This document shows, piece by piece, positions 14,171-27,376 of a stretch of 64,000 nucleotides of DNA. This DNA comes from Chara braunii (taxonomy: Eukaryota; Plantae; Charophyceae), in NCBI GenBank assembly GCA_003427395.1, contig BFEA01000035.1, positions 1,062,521 through 1,126,520 of the forward strand, given 5' to 3'. The position numbers and the translations under genes are program-made. Below the pieces are notes generated by a model. The model was not told the origin of the DNA and did no database searches. It saw nothing but the letters and a program-made list of their open reading frames with translations. Positions within the stretch are counted from its first letter, which is position 1, and each line of letters opens with the position of its first letter.

Positions 14171-14247
14171 GCGCCTACACATTACTGTGTAAGTAACACA
14201 GAACAGAAGGCAGATGGGCGACTTCTTTTCCACATTGATTTGATTCA

Positions 14248-14373
14248 TTAGTGGATATAAGATGACACCAAAACAAACAAAACAAATACATATTTGATGA
14301 TTATTAAAACAAACACTCTCAAAAAAAGAAAAATAAAATTTCGTGTTACTTCATGGTGAATATAGTCTGCTAG
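14248..14373 (-). pseudogene. sdh4: 3' fragment of mitochondrial succinate dehydrogenase subunit 4
   Basis: [30 protein letters not shown] matches the characteristic plant mitochondrial Sdh4 C-terminus (ADxxHxExTRN...LRxFxLIxIK). Confidence 0.8.
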
Positions 14374-14808
14374 TCTAGACGAGAGAATTGAGATTCGTGG
14401 TTCACTTCTTGATTCTATCCTGGCACTCACTCCGCTCGCCAGAGCAGACGCTTCGCGTCTGCTCTATCGCCAGAGTCGCCTGGTTTAGGGCGCCGCAGCG
14501 ACTCGTCGCCAAACTCACATAAATCCTAAGTCTCCAATTAAGTGGGGCTTATTAGAGAATCCTCTTCCTATCCAACGTATATATAGCTTGGCTAGCCTAC
14601 CTCTTTCTCTGGTGTCGATCGAGGCGCGTTAGCGGAATTTCCCAGTTTCGAAATCGGATATTATATTATGAAAGCTTTAGCCTGTGGCAACTGTCTGATA
14701 CCAATACCAGAAAAATGTTGAGGTGAGGGCCCCTCGCGGACATTCAGGCCTGCCTTCACTTAGAGCGGGCATGAGGCTTGCTGGCCATAAGTACCGTAAT
14801 GCTAATAC

Positions 14809-14894
<86 letters not shown>

Positions 14895-16534
14895 AAAAAA
14901 AAAAATGGATTCACCCAAGTATGCGACTTCGCAGTACTTGGGACTCGATCCCCAGACCCGTGTATGGTGCGGTTGGACTTGTGTAATCTTAAACCCGAGA
15001 TATGCACCTAAAGTTATTTGTCTTGAGGTTCTTATACATACGAGGATTGTGTAGGTTTGATCTGCTTACCTATAGGATAAGAATTATAGCATATATCCGG
15101 CCGTAACTGCTACAACTTCGGAAGGTCAGTGTAGGTCGTAGCTACCACAGTATCGAAGAGTCATACAGCGTAGGCTGGGGCGCTGCAGAGGCGAATGTAG
15201 TGACCTGCCCTAGTATGCCTCGTCGTAAGGGCTACCCGTAGGTCCATTGTCGACCCCAGGCCGTACCGCACAAGGGCAGCCCCCCGATATGTCAAAATCG
15301 GGGGCCTGACGCTCGTCGGTTGACTAAAGCCAACTGCCCAACATCCCTCAGTTAAAAATCGCCGCGGATCTAGCCCAGGACGCCGGTCAGACATTCTTAC
15401 TTGTTCATATGCAGGCACCAAGATAGCATTTATACAAAGTGGAAGTCTGCAACTTTATTGGATCGAGGCCGTCGACTGCGTGTCAATCTGAACCACTGTG
15501 GGTCGAGGACCGGAGGCAGGTTTACCTGGTCATCGGTACATAAGACCCCGCCTGCAGGAAGTCAACATTCAGTTCTTACTATGCTGATCTGATGTTGGTT
15601 TGACGCTAGCTGGACGCTGGCAATGTGGACGAAGACGCTAGATAATGCTTGCACGCTGGCGCCTCCTTGCTTCGGCACCATCTTCTGCTGACGTGGCCCA
15701 TGCCAACATGTCTTCTTTGCTGATGTGGCATTTGCCACACTGTCTACATTACTAAGTTGGAAGTGACTATGAGAGGGGGAATCGGGGTCTGTTTGAGATC
15801 GATAATGTGCATTGTTATCTTAATGGGAGGGTTGTGTCTCGTGGCAAGCTGATGTGATCTGACCTGTCAGGCTCGTTATCGAACATTGTTTGCTGACGTG
15901 GAGGCGAGGAGAAGTCCGAGGAAGAAGAGGGCATTGTTAGGCTATTACCTCTGTAGTTTTTTGTTGGATATCATCTTTTCCATCTTCTCATCAATCTAAT
16001 CTCCCCCTATCTTCTTCGTCTGTCGTTACGAAATATTGTATTACTGGTCTCATTCATGATTATCGAAGACCTCTAACCAGCGCTGAGTCTCTGTCTGTAT
16101 GTCTGTTTTCTCTTTATATCTGTTTGCTTGTATGTTTGTATGTATGTTTTATCCGTTTTGTCTATTTGTCGTTGTCTGTTGCTGTCTGTCATCTTTCTGT
16201 TTGTTCGTCTGTCTTTTGACTTGTTTGTTTGTCTCTCTATATCAGACTGTCTGTCTTTCTGTCTTCTCCTTCCTCTTTCTCCCTTTTTCCTCCCCCTTCT
16301 CTCTCATTCTTTCTTATTCTCTCTCTCTATCTTTAGCAGCAGTCCCTCTCCGACTTTTTCCCTCTGCACAATTCTTCACCCTCCCTATTCTTCATTCTTG
16401 CTTCCTACGAGTCATCTCTCCCTCTCTCCTTTTTCACATTTCTTCGGTTGAATCCCCTCTTCTACGACCTTATCTGGATATAGGCAACTATTTGTAACAA
16501 CAATAATGCTATTAATAATAATAATAATAATAAT

Positions 16535-19129
16535 CAGGGTTACCTGATCGAACGTTCGGGGGCCCCGGGCTGGCCCCCGAACGCCCCCGAACGTTCGGGC
16601 GTTCGGGGTCCCATTCGGGGGCCGACCACCTCGAGGTTTGGCCCCCGCCAAAAAATGTTTCGGGGCCTAAAAATAAGTTCTTTTTTCTAAATTTGGTTTT
16701 GTGAGTTCTCTATAATATAGCCTGCATGCCTATAAATTTTGAAGCCATTCTCCTAAGCCAAACAAACATTAAAAATCGTCAAAGATCGGGGTGTCAAAAC
16801 GTGCTCGCCCACTCAATATTTTGTTTTTTGTTCGTTTTTAACTTTTTGTTTTCACTTTATTTCGGGGCCTAAAATATTTTATTATTTTTTTTAATAATTT
16901 TGATGAGTCATTGATTATGTAAGTTACATATCTGTACATTTTCAGGGCATTTGTCAATGCCAAACAATAATTAAAAATCGGCAAAGATGGCGGTGTCGAA
17001 AGGGTGGTGGCACACTCACTCATTTTAATTCTCGTTTTATTTTTTCTTATTTTTATCATAGTGTTTATTTTTTGTATTTGATTTCTAATTCAAATTTGGT
17101 AAAGAATTTGGATGTAGTGCCCGGACAAATGTTGTTTAGTTTATTTTTCTCCATAAGATATGTTGTTTTCGGAAGTTTCAGAAGTTTATTTTGCTCCATA
17201 ACATATGTTGTTTTCGGACCCAACTATTTGTCCCTCATTAACGGGGAGGAGCCTAAATCCTAACTACCCGGTTACCTCATAGTCCAGAGGTCACTGGTTC
17301 AAGCCCCGGCCAATTGAGCCCAGTCAAAAATGTTGTGGTGCTCTTTGACAAAAAAAAGCTAATTCGGAGGCCGGGTGAACTCGATTCTCGAGTTTGTTGC
17401 TTGATAGTTTATACCTATACCTACTGAGCTAGCTCCCACTTTGGAAAGAAGGGGAGCAACTTTTGTATAAGTACGTCAGTGGGGCCCAACCTAACTAGTG
17501 GACCGGACCCTTTTATAGTTCAGTGTGTGCGTACACTTGTTGGTTTGTGTAACCGCCTGAGTGTTTTGTCGGCTTGATTGTGTGTGTGACCTGCAAGGGT
17601 ACTTGATTCATCGGTAGGTCCGAAAGACCGGTACTTACCCGTGGCTGTGACATTGAGGGTTGTGGCGGGGAAAACATTCAAGTGGCGGGGATGAAGGTCT
17701 GCCATACTTAAGAGCGACGACTCCAGTGGTAAGTAGGCCGGTTTCAAACCAAGTAGAGGCGGATGTGTCGGGTACTCGGGGGTGGCATAAGAAGACAAAA
17801 GTCGACATTTTTAAAGGTCCAACGTCGGCCGTAGCTGTCTGGTGTGGTGACAACACGTTTCTATTGGGGTTCATATTATTCTCTTAGTCCGCTTTCGAGT
17901 TTATGGCGACGCGACCTGCAGGTCCTCCAATACTGGTCGGTCCGACGCTTCTGGACTATTTTCCAATTCGTTTTTGCCTTACTGCCTGAAGCTTTGATTG
18001 TTTTGGATCGTGGTCGCCACATCCCGCGTGACCCTTTCTTATTTTCTTCCAACCCTCCGGCCCTTGTGGTCGAAGATGTTCAATTTTTACTAACCTTTAC
18101 CTATTTTCGTATATGTCGTATCACCGCTCATGGGTCACCTAGCAACCTCGGCCTCAATGACCGAGAAGTTTGTTTTTCACTACGCAATGCCAAAAATTCT
18201 TACTTTTTACTCCAGGCCGTTCCCGGTATTTAGTAACCGACGTTGATTCTGTATCGAATGCAAAATCATGAGCAAATACCATTGTAAGGGTGTTTGCTCC
18301 AACAGTTTTCCTAGGGAATCTTGATGCAAACAAATGTTTTTTGACGCGACAAGTTATCAAAATCCGATTTCCTTGATGAAATTGTGGTTTGAAGACCCTC
18401 ACTGTCCCCCTTGGCGCGTCCATATTACCAGGATTTTAACCTGAGTCTCCCACATATCCAAAAATGATAATTCCCCCAAAAAACGATTATTCTATATAAA
18501 CCCATGTGGGGATACTGGATCCGTACTAGAGTTGTGGAGGTCACTGAGGAAGACAATGATAGCTCCTCACCTCCAACTTTAGACTTTATTTGCCAGGATC
18601 TCGTTGGGTGTTCGTGGAGTTAGGAATCAAAATAGAATCCCACCCTTTTAGGACGCGAGTCTTATCCTAAGTCAAATTTTCCCGTCCCACCCGAAGTCTA
18701 ATGCGAGGGGATCGGCGACCTTGGTTTCAACCCACCACAACCGGTTGATCAGGCTGAAACTGCGGCCCACCGTATTGTTATTTTAGCGGTGGTTCTCGTA
18801 TTGGTTATGCAATATTGGGTAAAATCCTCTTATTATTATAGACTTACTCTTGATCCCTCTGATATCCACCTTAACCAATTTCATCATTAAGGAGCCCCCC
18901 CCTCAGGTTTCATTTATAAGCCGTAATCGGAAGGCGCCCTGCCTGGTTATACTAGATCAGCAACCCACGCTGGGAGTTACGTCCTAACGATGTCAAATTT
19001 TCACCACAGACTTGGTAATTTCAAGTCTAGAATGATAGGAGGATTTTACCGAACGCCTTCCGAAGGGGTCCCGTACGTTCGGGCGTTCGGGTTCGGGCGT
19101 TGGGCCCGTCCCGAACGCCGGTAACCCTG
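16535..19129. mobile_element. Non-autonomous hAT-like DNA transposon (~2.6 kb) inserted in an (AAT)n tract
   Basis: TIRs cagggttacc / ggtaaccctg; 8 bp TSD ataataat; clustered subterminal cccgaacg/cgttcggg motifs at both ends; ~200 bp internal duplication (16660 and 16860); no transposase. Confidence 0.8.
17217..19028 (+). repeat. 1.8 kb dispersed repeat, copy 1 (inside the hAT-like element)
   Basis: High-identity direct repeat of 24542-26349. Confidence 0.92.
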
Positions 19130-19146
19130 ATAATAATAACAATAAC

Positions 19147-19202
<56 letters not shown>

Positions 19203-19544
19203 TAATAATAGTGAGATGTCAATACTCAGATTGTACAATCATATTGAAAGCCAGATCGTATCACAGTGTCCAGAAAGCAACATTGTACCAACATGACACC
19301 AATGTAACACTTAAAATCAATATCAATGAGAGCTTGATCTGGCTACTACCAACATATGTATCCAAACTTTCCTCCCTACTTGGTGCTCGACGCTCATCCT
19401 ACCCCCTACACGGCTAATACTAGCCTACTAATTGACAATGCAACTATTGACGTCAACAACCAATCGAAGTACTTGAAGATATCGACCAACGCAGGCCATT
19501 GCCAAATACCAGGTATGTGTCCTCACATCATTCATCATCGTCAT

Positions 19545-19591
<47 letters not shown>

Positions 19592-21067
19592 TCTTTATCT
19601 CTCTCTCTCTCTCACTCTCTCGTTCTCTTTGTTTGTTTGTCTGTTTATCTCTAACTATCTATTTGTATGTCGTTGCCTGTCTGTACTTGACTGCACTTGT
19701 CTCTTCTCCCTCCCTTCTCCTCTCTCTCTCTCTCGCTGTCACATTCCCATGAATCCTACTGACCACACCTATTATACCTTGGGACTATTAGAAGTGAACG
19801 AAGACGAACGCGAACGTACCATTCATGGAGTTTAGTGGGTGAGTGGTGCAGTCTAAGTCCATCATCAACTCGCCTTTCGATTTCAGCTGCTTCATGCATT
19901 CTGGCCACGTTTTCTTGGCTTGATTATGAGCAGAAGTGAGAATAAAATAATAATAAATAAACAAGTGATTAAAACAAAAACATAATGCTAATTGAATGAG
20001 CAACAGTGATTGCAAACAACACTAGTAAATTTGATGAATCTGACCCTGTTTTACGGCTTGATTCATTCACTTCAGAAAGTGTATTGTTAATGCATGCAGT
20101 TAGCAGTTTTATCATTAGCACCAACCCAAGACTCACGCTTACATTGCATTCCTTACTCAAAATCGATGATTACAACAATTTATTCTCGTTGCGTTGTCCG
20201 TCGTGGACACTGTCGGACTCACCAAATGCATCGTTCATACCATGCTCATCAGACCAAGCATACATTTTCCTCTTCCCACACATCTCCTTCCTTCTTCTTG
20301 TGGTTTTGCATTCTTCTTCTCCCCCTTCTTCACCGTCTCCCCTTTCTGATCTTCATTCTCTTCTTGCGCCAAAGCCTCCGAGCTTTGTTTCTCCCCTCAT
20401 CCTACCCTACTGCATTTCCTCTTCTTAGTTTATCAGTCCGTCAATCTCCCCGCCTCTCTTCTCATCCGTTCGACTACTTTCCTATCTCTTTTAAATTCTT
20501 GGTAAATAGCTAATCAATGCCTGGTCATGATTATTTCTCCTCTTTCATGCGTACGTACAAACTCACACATTTCTCACATGTATACGCACCCATGCTGAGC
20601 CGATTATCAAGTTTGACATTGTATATTTCCTTGTTCTAACCGTAGATTTATTATATTCGAATCATCTTTTCGTTGGAATAAGCGTGTACGTGGTCGTGAG
20701 GTAGGAGACACGCACTCATAAGTGTAGTAGTGCATGTCCCCATTTTCTATCGTTAAATTCGTTTGTTATTGTTTGCTTTGTCGATCGAAGTACCGTGTAA
20801 TCCACCGCGTGGTCGGGACTTACTTACCCTTTTTTTTTCCTATGCCAACTCGTTCATACACACTTATTCTCGCATACACAAGCATACATACGTAGTCTAT
20901 ATTACCTTATTTTCGTGGCCGGTTTGTTTGTTTGTACCCAGCCTATCGACAGAAGCAGCTCAAGGTTTATCAACTTTCTACCATCCCACCGAGGAAAGTA
21001 GTTTGAGATTCATCCGTGGGGTCGAGGTGCACACATACACAATACATATTTACGAGCATATACACAC

Positions 21068-22734
21068 TAGTGCTCGCAATCTGTGTGTATGTTGCAAACT
21101 GCATCTGACCCAAATCTGGTCTGCAAAAAAAACTACAATTGTACTCAGCCCCAACCGCAAACAAATATTATGGCCAGCTGTCCAAACTGGATAGCTGTTT
21201 TTTGCAGATTTTCCAAACTGCACCTGACCCAGCCAGAAACCTGAAAAAATAGCCAACTGTAGCCAGCCAGAACAGGACCCAATTCAATGCCACTCTGGCT
21301 GCCCTGACTGAAATAAAGTTGTAGGCCTATCTGCAGCCAGTGGCAACAATTTTTTGTTCTGCCCAGGTACATTTTTTCTTTTTTTGTTTTGTTTTTTTTG
21401 TGAACTGAAAATTCAAATGAACATCATTATTTAGAAGCAATGCGCGCACCAGTGTGGTACGCCTCATCCCCCTCTCTCTCTCTCTGAGGATGAACGCACT
21501 ATTCCTGTCCTGCCAGTTTGCCACCCGCCAGCTTACTGAGCTTAGTGGCTTCACAATTTTGAAGTTTGCCTGCTAGCTGCCCCAAGGACGTTTCCCACCC
21601 ACACAAAGTCGATGTGACACTCAGACATCTCACACGTAGCTGCCCGCTGCCCCAAGGTCATTTCCCGCCCCAGGGAATTGAAGTGATGAACTCCAGCATT
21701 TTGTTGCCGCAGGTGTTCCGAAAATGAACGCACATACCCTTCATGCAATTCAGATACATTGACACTGTTTTGTTTCAGCTCTTTGTGTTCCCCACCTTTT
21801 TTTTTTTTTTTTTTTGTAACAAAACACAAAGCGCCTTTTATTCTGGGGGTCATCAGTCCGGTTGCTTCTCGTCGGCAAGCATGAGTTCAAGCACGAAAAA
21901 GATGTAGAAAAAGGGTCAGCCTTGCCGTTCGGTACTACTCGCCTGTCAAGGGGGGCCCTCCTACAGACCATCCCACCCCCCAAACCATGGCCTCCCCGGG
22001 GGTACTTCTGCTGGCCGGGATATAGCAGAACCCCGTCACGCAGCAGAAAGGTCTCAGGGGNNNNNNNNNNNNNNNNNNNNNNNNNNNNNNNNNNNNNNNN
22101 NNNNNNNNNNNNNNNNNNNNNNNNNNNNNNNNNNNNNNNNNNNNNNNNNNNNNNNNNNNNNNNNNNNNNNNNNNNNNNNNNNNNNNNNNNNNNNNNNNNN
22201 NNNNNNNNNNNNNNNNNNNNNNNNNNNNNNNNNNNNNNNNNNNNNNNNNNNNNNNNNNNNNNNNNNNNNNNNNNNNNNNNNNNNNNNNNNTTGCATCTTT
22301 TAGTAAGAGGTCTTTATTACTATGAATATCTCCCTCTTGCTGTACCCGTTCTTACACTATAGGGCCCTTCAACTTTCCTTTCTTCCCCTAATGCATGTTT
22401 TTCGTACAACATTTCATGTTTTTCATTCAACCTTGGGTGGGCTGCGACGCAGGGCCATTGGTCAGGAGGCAAAGTTGGACCTACGTACCCCAGCCCTAAA
22501 CTCATGCATATATATGTAAATCTATCTATCTATCAATATATTATATGTAAATCTATCTATTTATCGACTGACCCGGCTAATTTTGCAGCCTGCTGTGGCC
22601 CGCAGCCAGGCCATGCCACCACTTGGCTGAAACCCAGCTCGGCCTGCATATTGCAAAACTGGCCCTCGACGGCACCTGTCGGCTGCAGCTGGGCCGGGCG
22701 GGTTGCAGCCACGGCCACCTGATTGCAGGCGCTG
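21068..22734. mobile_element. Non-autonomous hAT-like element (spans gap 22061-22290)
   Basis: Degenerate TIRs tagtgctcgcaatctg / ctgattgcaggcgctg (11/16); 8 bp TSD atacacac at 21060-21067 and 22735-22742 (low-complexity, so weaker); ctgacc/cagcc-rich subterminal motifs. Confidence 0.55.
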
Positions 22735-22799
22735 ATACACACACACACACAAACCTATGTGCACTCATTTACACACAACTAACGGATAAGTTGTGGCAC

Positions 22800-23390
22800 C
22801 GTAGATCTCCATGTCTCATCAGAAGATTCGCCCGCCCTTTCTCATCCAATCAATGGAAGCAGCGTGAGGTCGACCACGTGGTTGGAGACTTACCTGTCGA
22901 CTAGTGCGTCGCTCATTCTATCGATGAAAGTAGCATGATGTCGCTGCGACACATACTCACACACACACACATACACATACACACCTACGCACATATACAC
23001 ATGAGAAGACGAACGTGATTGTGTATACTCCCATGTTCTTGCAGTAGATTCATTCGATTTAGCTATCCTATCGGTAAGAATATCGTGGATCAAGCCGCGA
23101 GATTGTCATACCCACACACACTCATACACACTCACACACATACACACCCATGTGCACTTGTGTATATTTCCCTGATCCAGCGGTAGATGCATTCGTTTTG
23201 CTCATCCTATCACCGAAAACTCTCTCTCATTCTCTCACTCACGCACACATACACACATTTTCATTCCCCCATGCATGTCCACTCACTCACACACGCTTAT
23301 TCACACATACACGTGCACGCTTAGAAGCGCATTTTTCCATATTCAAGCAGTAGATCCGTTTGATTTTGGATCATCCTATCGATGATAGTC
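22800..23390. repeat. Degenerate ~140-165 bp minisatellite with CA-rich spacers
   Basis: GTAGAT...CATCCTATCG-like cores at ~22801, 22901, 23043, 23183 and 23350; related motifs near 20641. Confidence 0.55.
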
Positions 23391-24541
23391 ACGTATATCC
23401 CCTTTCGTCCTATCATTAGACCTTTTCGTTTCCGTTCCACCCATTAGATCGTAGTGTTATAAGGTCTGTCATAAGATGGGTGACTTACCTCAACACTATC
23501 GCTCGTGTTCCTGTTACTATGGAAATCGAGAAGTCATCTTCGACTGTTCACAACACGATCTTAGAAGGAGGTAAAACTTTGCCTCGCACGTTCTCCTTCC
23601 TCCTTCTCTCTCGTGCTCTTCTTCTCCTCTCTTCCTTTCCCTCACACTCCTAGTCGTTTATACGTCCAACGTTCCTCAAGTCAGCCCCGTTCCTGTACCT
23701 TGATCGTGATTACGATAAGATACAGCCAAAAAGGGGATGTACTGCGATTTGACGAGAACAATCGTAGAATACTACCGTTTTCTGATTCCTCCCTTTCTTC
23801 CTTAACTCCTTATTAACCCCCGTTCTTGTTCACAACTCCATTCTTTCCGCATTTTTCATCCTTTCTCTCTCCCTCGTATATTTCTTTCCTCACACTCTCG
23901 TTTGCTCCCTTTCTCTCGGGTTTCACTCGCACTTGCTGACGCTTCCACTCCACGCTCACGATCGCATTGTTCTGCACTTTATTCTTCGCTCACTTCTCGT
24001 AACCGAGTTCGCTCTAGCCGGCTCACGCTTGCACATTCGCCAGTCAGCGATTTTCTGCTACTTGCGCTGCTTGTAGCCTCTCCCTCACATTCTTCGACCT
24101 TGCCTCCGACAGATACAAGACCTGACTTGGTCCGCTGCTCCCCGCTCTCCTTCTCTTCGGATTGAAGAATCTATCCTCATCATCGCCGCAGGTTCAACTC
24201 TCGTAACTCCGGGAGTACGGAAAAAAATAGAGATAATGGAACAATAATAATATTAATAATAATAATAATATTACTCACGTTCTTAACCTCCTTGTAGATC
24301 TTCACATCAGTATCTCTCCCCATTTTGGCGGCAGATACAGATCGCGATCCCGGTGAGCCTGACCGGCGGGGGGAGGTTAAGAGTCCTTTTGTCCGTGGTA
24401 TGCGCCCGAACGTCCTTTTGTTTTTTTTCTTCTAATGAACCCATCCTAATATGTAGGTAGAATTCAAATTGTAGTTAAAAATTTACTTAAAACTCGAAAA
24501 AAAAATTAAAAAAAAAAAAATTAAACCGTAATAAAGCTATC

Positions 24542-26349
24542 GACCCAACTGTTTGTCCCTCATTAACGGGGAGGAGCCTAAATCCTAACTACCCGGTTAC
24601 CTCATAGTTCAGAGGTCACTGGTTCAAGCCCAGACCAATTGAGCCCAGGCAAAAACGTCGTGGTTCTCTTTGACAAAAAAAAACTAGTTCGGAGGCCGGG
24701 CGAACTCGATTCTCGAGTTTGTTGCTTAATAGTTTATACCTATACCTATTGAGCTAGCTCCCACTTTGGAAAAAAGGGGAGCAACTTTTGTATAAGTACA
24801 TCAGTGGGGCCCAACCTAACTAGTGGACCGGACCCTTTTATAGTTCTGTGTGTGCGTACGCTTGTTAGTTTGTGTAACCGTCTGAGTGTTTTGTCGGCTT
24901 GATTGTGTGTGTGACCTGCAAGGGTACTTGATTCATCGGTAGGCCCGAAAGACCGGTACTTACCCGTGGCCGTGACATTGAGGGTTGTGGCGGGGAAAAC
25001 ATTCAAGTGGCGGGGATGAAGGCCTGCCATACTTAAGAGCGACGACTCCAGTGGTAAGTAGGCCGGTTTCAAACCAAGTAGAGGCGGATTTGTTGGGTAC
25101 TCGGGGGTGGCAGAAGAAGACAAAAGTCGACATTTTTAAAGGTCCAACGTCGGCCGTAGCTGCCAGGTGTGGTGACAACACGTTTCTATTGGGGTTCATA
25201 TTATATTTTTATTGATCGCTTTCGAGTTTATGGCGACGCGACCTGCAGGTTCTCCAATACTGGTCGGTCCGACGCTTCTGGACTATTTTCCAATTCGTTT
25301 TTGCATTACTGCCTAAAGCTTTGATTGTTTTGGATCGTGGTCGCCACATCCCGCGCAACCCTTTCTTGTTTTCTTCCAACCCTTCGGCCCTTGTGGTCGA
25401 AGATGTTTAATTTTTACTAACCTTTACCTATTTTCGTATATGTCGTATCACCGCTTATGGTCACCTAACAACCTCGGCCTCAATGACCGAAACGTTTGCT
25501 TTTCACGACGCAATGCCAAAAATTATTACTTTTTACTCCAGGCCGTTCCCGATATAGTAACCAACGTTGATTCTGAATCGAATGCAAAATCATGAGCAAA
25601 TACCATTGTAAGGGTGTTTGCTCCGACAGTTTTTCCGGACCCTATTAAGCGACGTTTTCGTCGCTGGGGAATCTAGATGCAAACAAATATTTTTTGACCC
25701 GACAAGTTGTCAAAATCCGATTTCCTGGATGAAATTGCGGTTTGAAGACCCTCACTGTGCCCCTTGGCGCGTCCATATTACCAGGATTTTAACCCGAGTC
25801 TCCCACATATAAAAAAAATGATAATTTCCCCCCAAAACGATTATTCTATATAAACCCAAGTGGGGATACTGGATCCGTACTAGAGTTGTGGAGGTCACTG
25901 AGGAAGACAATGATAGCTCCTCACCTCCAACTTTAGACTTTATTTGCCAGGATCTCGTTGGGTGTTCGTGGGGTTAGGAATCAAAATTGAATCCTACCCT
26001 TTTAGGACGCGGGTCTTATCCTAAGTCAAATTTTTTCGTCCCACCCGAAGTCTAATGCGAGGGGATCGACGACCTTGGTTTCAACCCACCACAGCCGGTT
26101 GATCAGGTTGAAACTGCGGCCCACCGTGTTGTTCTTTTAGCGGTGGTTCTCGTATTGGTTATGCAATACCGGGTAAAATTCTCCTATGCACCTGAACCAA
26201 TTTCATCATTAAGGAGCCTCCCCCTCAGGTTTCATTTATAAGCCGTAATCGGAAGGTCCGCTGCCTGGTAATACTAGATCAGCAGCCCACGCTGAGAGTT
26301 ACGTCCCAACGATGCCAAATTTTCACCATAGGCTTGGTAATTTCAAGTC
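24542..26349 (+). repeat. 1.8 kb dispersed repeat, copy 2 (different flanks)
   Basis: High-identity direct repeat of 17217-19028; lacks the hAT termini. Confidence 0.92.
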
Positions 26350-27376
26350 CCTTAGACCGACCTCCTAGAGTGGATGAACGATGATAATTTAAAATATATA
26401 TAAAAAACAATTTGACCAAAAAAAATTATCCCCTCGTAAGTTTGGATGAACAAACCTCATTGAATGTAAATATGAGAAAATTTCACCAATAAGAATGATT
26501 TACTATGACTGTTATATTGTTACTGATCGAGGGGCATCGTCAGAGCCACTTCGGGGTCGTCTCTCCAAGACCTCGATCACAGGCTGAGCAGACACACGTC
26601 TCGGGGATCTTTAATCAACAGGAAAATCAACCAAATATCCATAAAAAAAAATTTAGAAGGTATTGTTTGACTCCTTGTCTTGTCAGAAGGCAAAAAAAAC
26701 ATTTATTCCATCCCTAACATACATTTCCCTGAGTCACAGGGTTTTTCAAATGCCTCAATTTGTTTTTGACTTTTTCATGACCCCATTTTCGGGTTTTTTA
26801 CATATAATACAAAGCATTAAAAAAAAAAAAACAACGACCAACAATGTAAGATAGTATATGTTTCATTTCACCCTATTTTTTTTGAACACTTAGGCGTTTT
26901 TCTGATCATCTTAGTTCAAAATCTGATAGCATAGTTTGCACACACATCCATGACACACACTTCTCAAATCAAAATCAAATACTAGACCAACTGAATTGTG
27001 AAAGTGAAAAAAAATGTTCGTCGTCGGTATACCCCATAGATAGAATCCAAAATATATGACTCAAGAGAAGAAAGACAAAATAAAACGGTCTTTTCTCTAA
27101 AAGAAAAAATGAAATCCGGAGCTCGAGTTATATGCCTCTTTTATCCTCAATCACTAATGTACACATGCCGAGTTTTAATTCCATAGCAAAAACACATATT
27201 TCCAAATTGACTAAACTCTCTGTCTGTTGCTAAAGTACAATACTACATTTTAAAGGAGATAAAGGCCTTACTCACTCTACATCTCTGACCCCTAGTGTAC
27301 AATGTCGCATCAAAAGAAAAGAAAAGAATGTGAATGACCGATGGAAACTTAGGTGATCACGGTGCATAATCTCCTC

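Larger units (their letters stand above)
13804..14678. other. NUMT: mosaic mitochondrial DNA insertion within the LTR copy
   Basis: Absent from the other LTR copy (caccg|agcgtgcgacaactg is contiguous at ~44655). Contains mitochondrial-type trnH, a group I intron core, an sdh4 fragment and a perfect hairpin at 14441-14465. Confidence 0.85.
9898..15167 (-). mobile_element. Unpaired (solo or recombinant) LTR of the same family as 40727-45100
   Basis: Colinear with 40727-45100 (roughly 90% by eye); TG...CA termini (tgtcgctc...gagtcataca); no matching TSD (gccgc vs gcgta), PBS or PPT adjacent; contains an 875 bp insertion. Confidence 0.8.

Noticed and set aside
14723-15007. Poly-Ile/Tyr/Leu ORFs (also 18993-19417 and 60938-61300)
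   Set aside because: Translations of (AAT)n tracts whose length differs between repeat copies
22800-23390. CRISPR-like repeat/spacer pattern
   Set aside because: Repeats are too degenerate, spacers are CA microsatellite, context is eukaryotic and no cas genes are present
25620-25660. GSGKT Walker-A-like peptide on the minus strand of the 1.8 kb repeat
   Set aside because: Lacks the first Gly of GxxxxGKT, the frame is short and the segment is deleted in the other copy
27281-27297. Possible hAT (TAGGG) or CACTA terminus ctctgacccctagtg
   Set aside because: No matching opposite terminus or TSD found in the window
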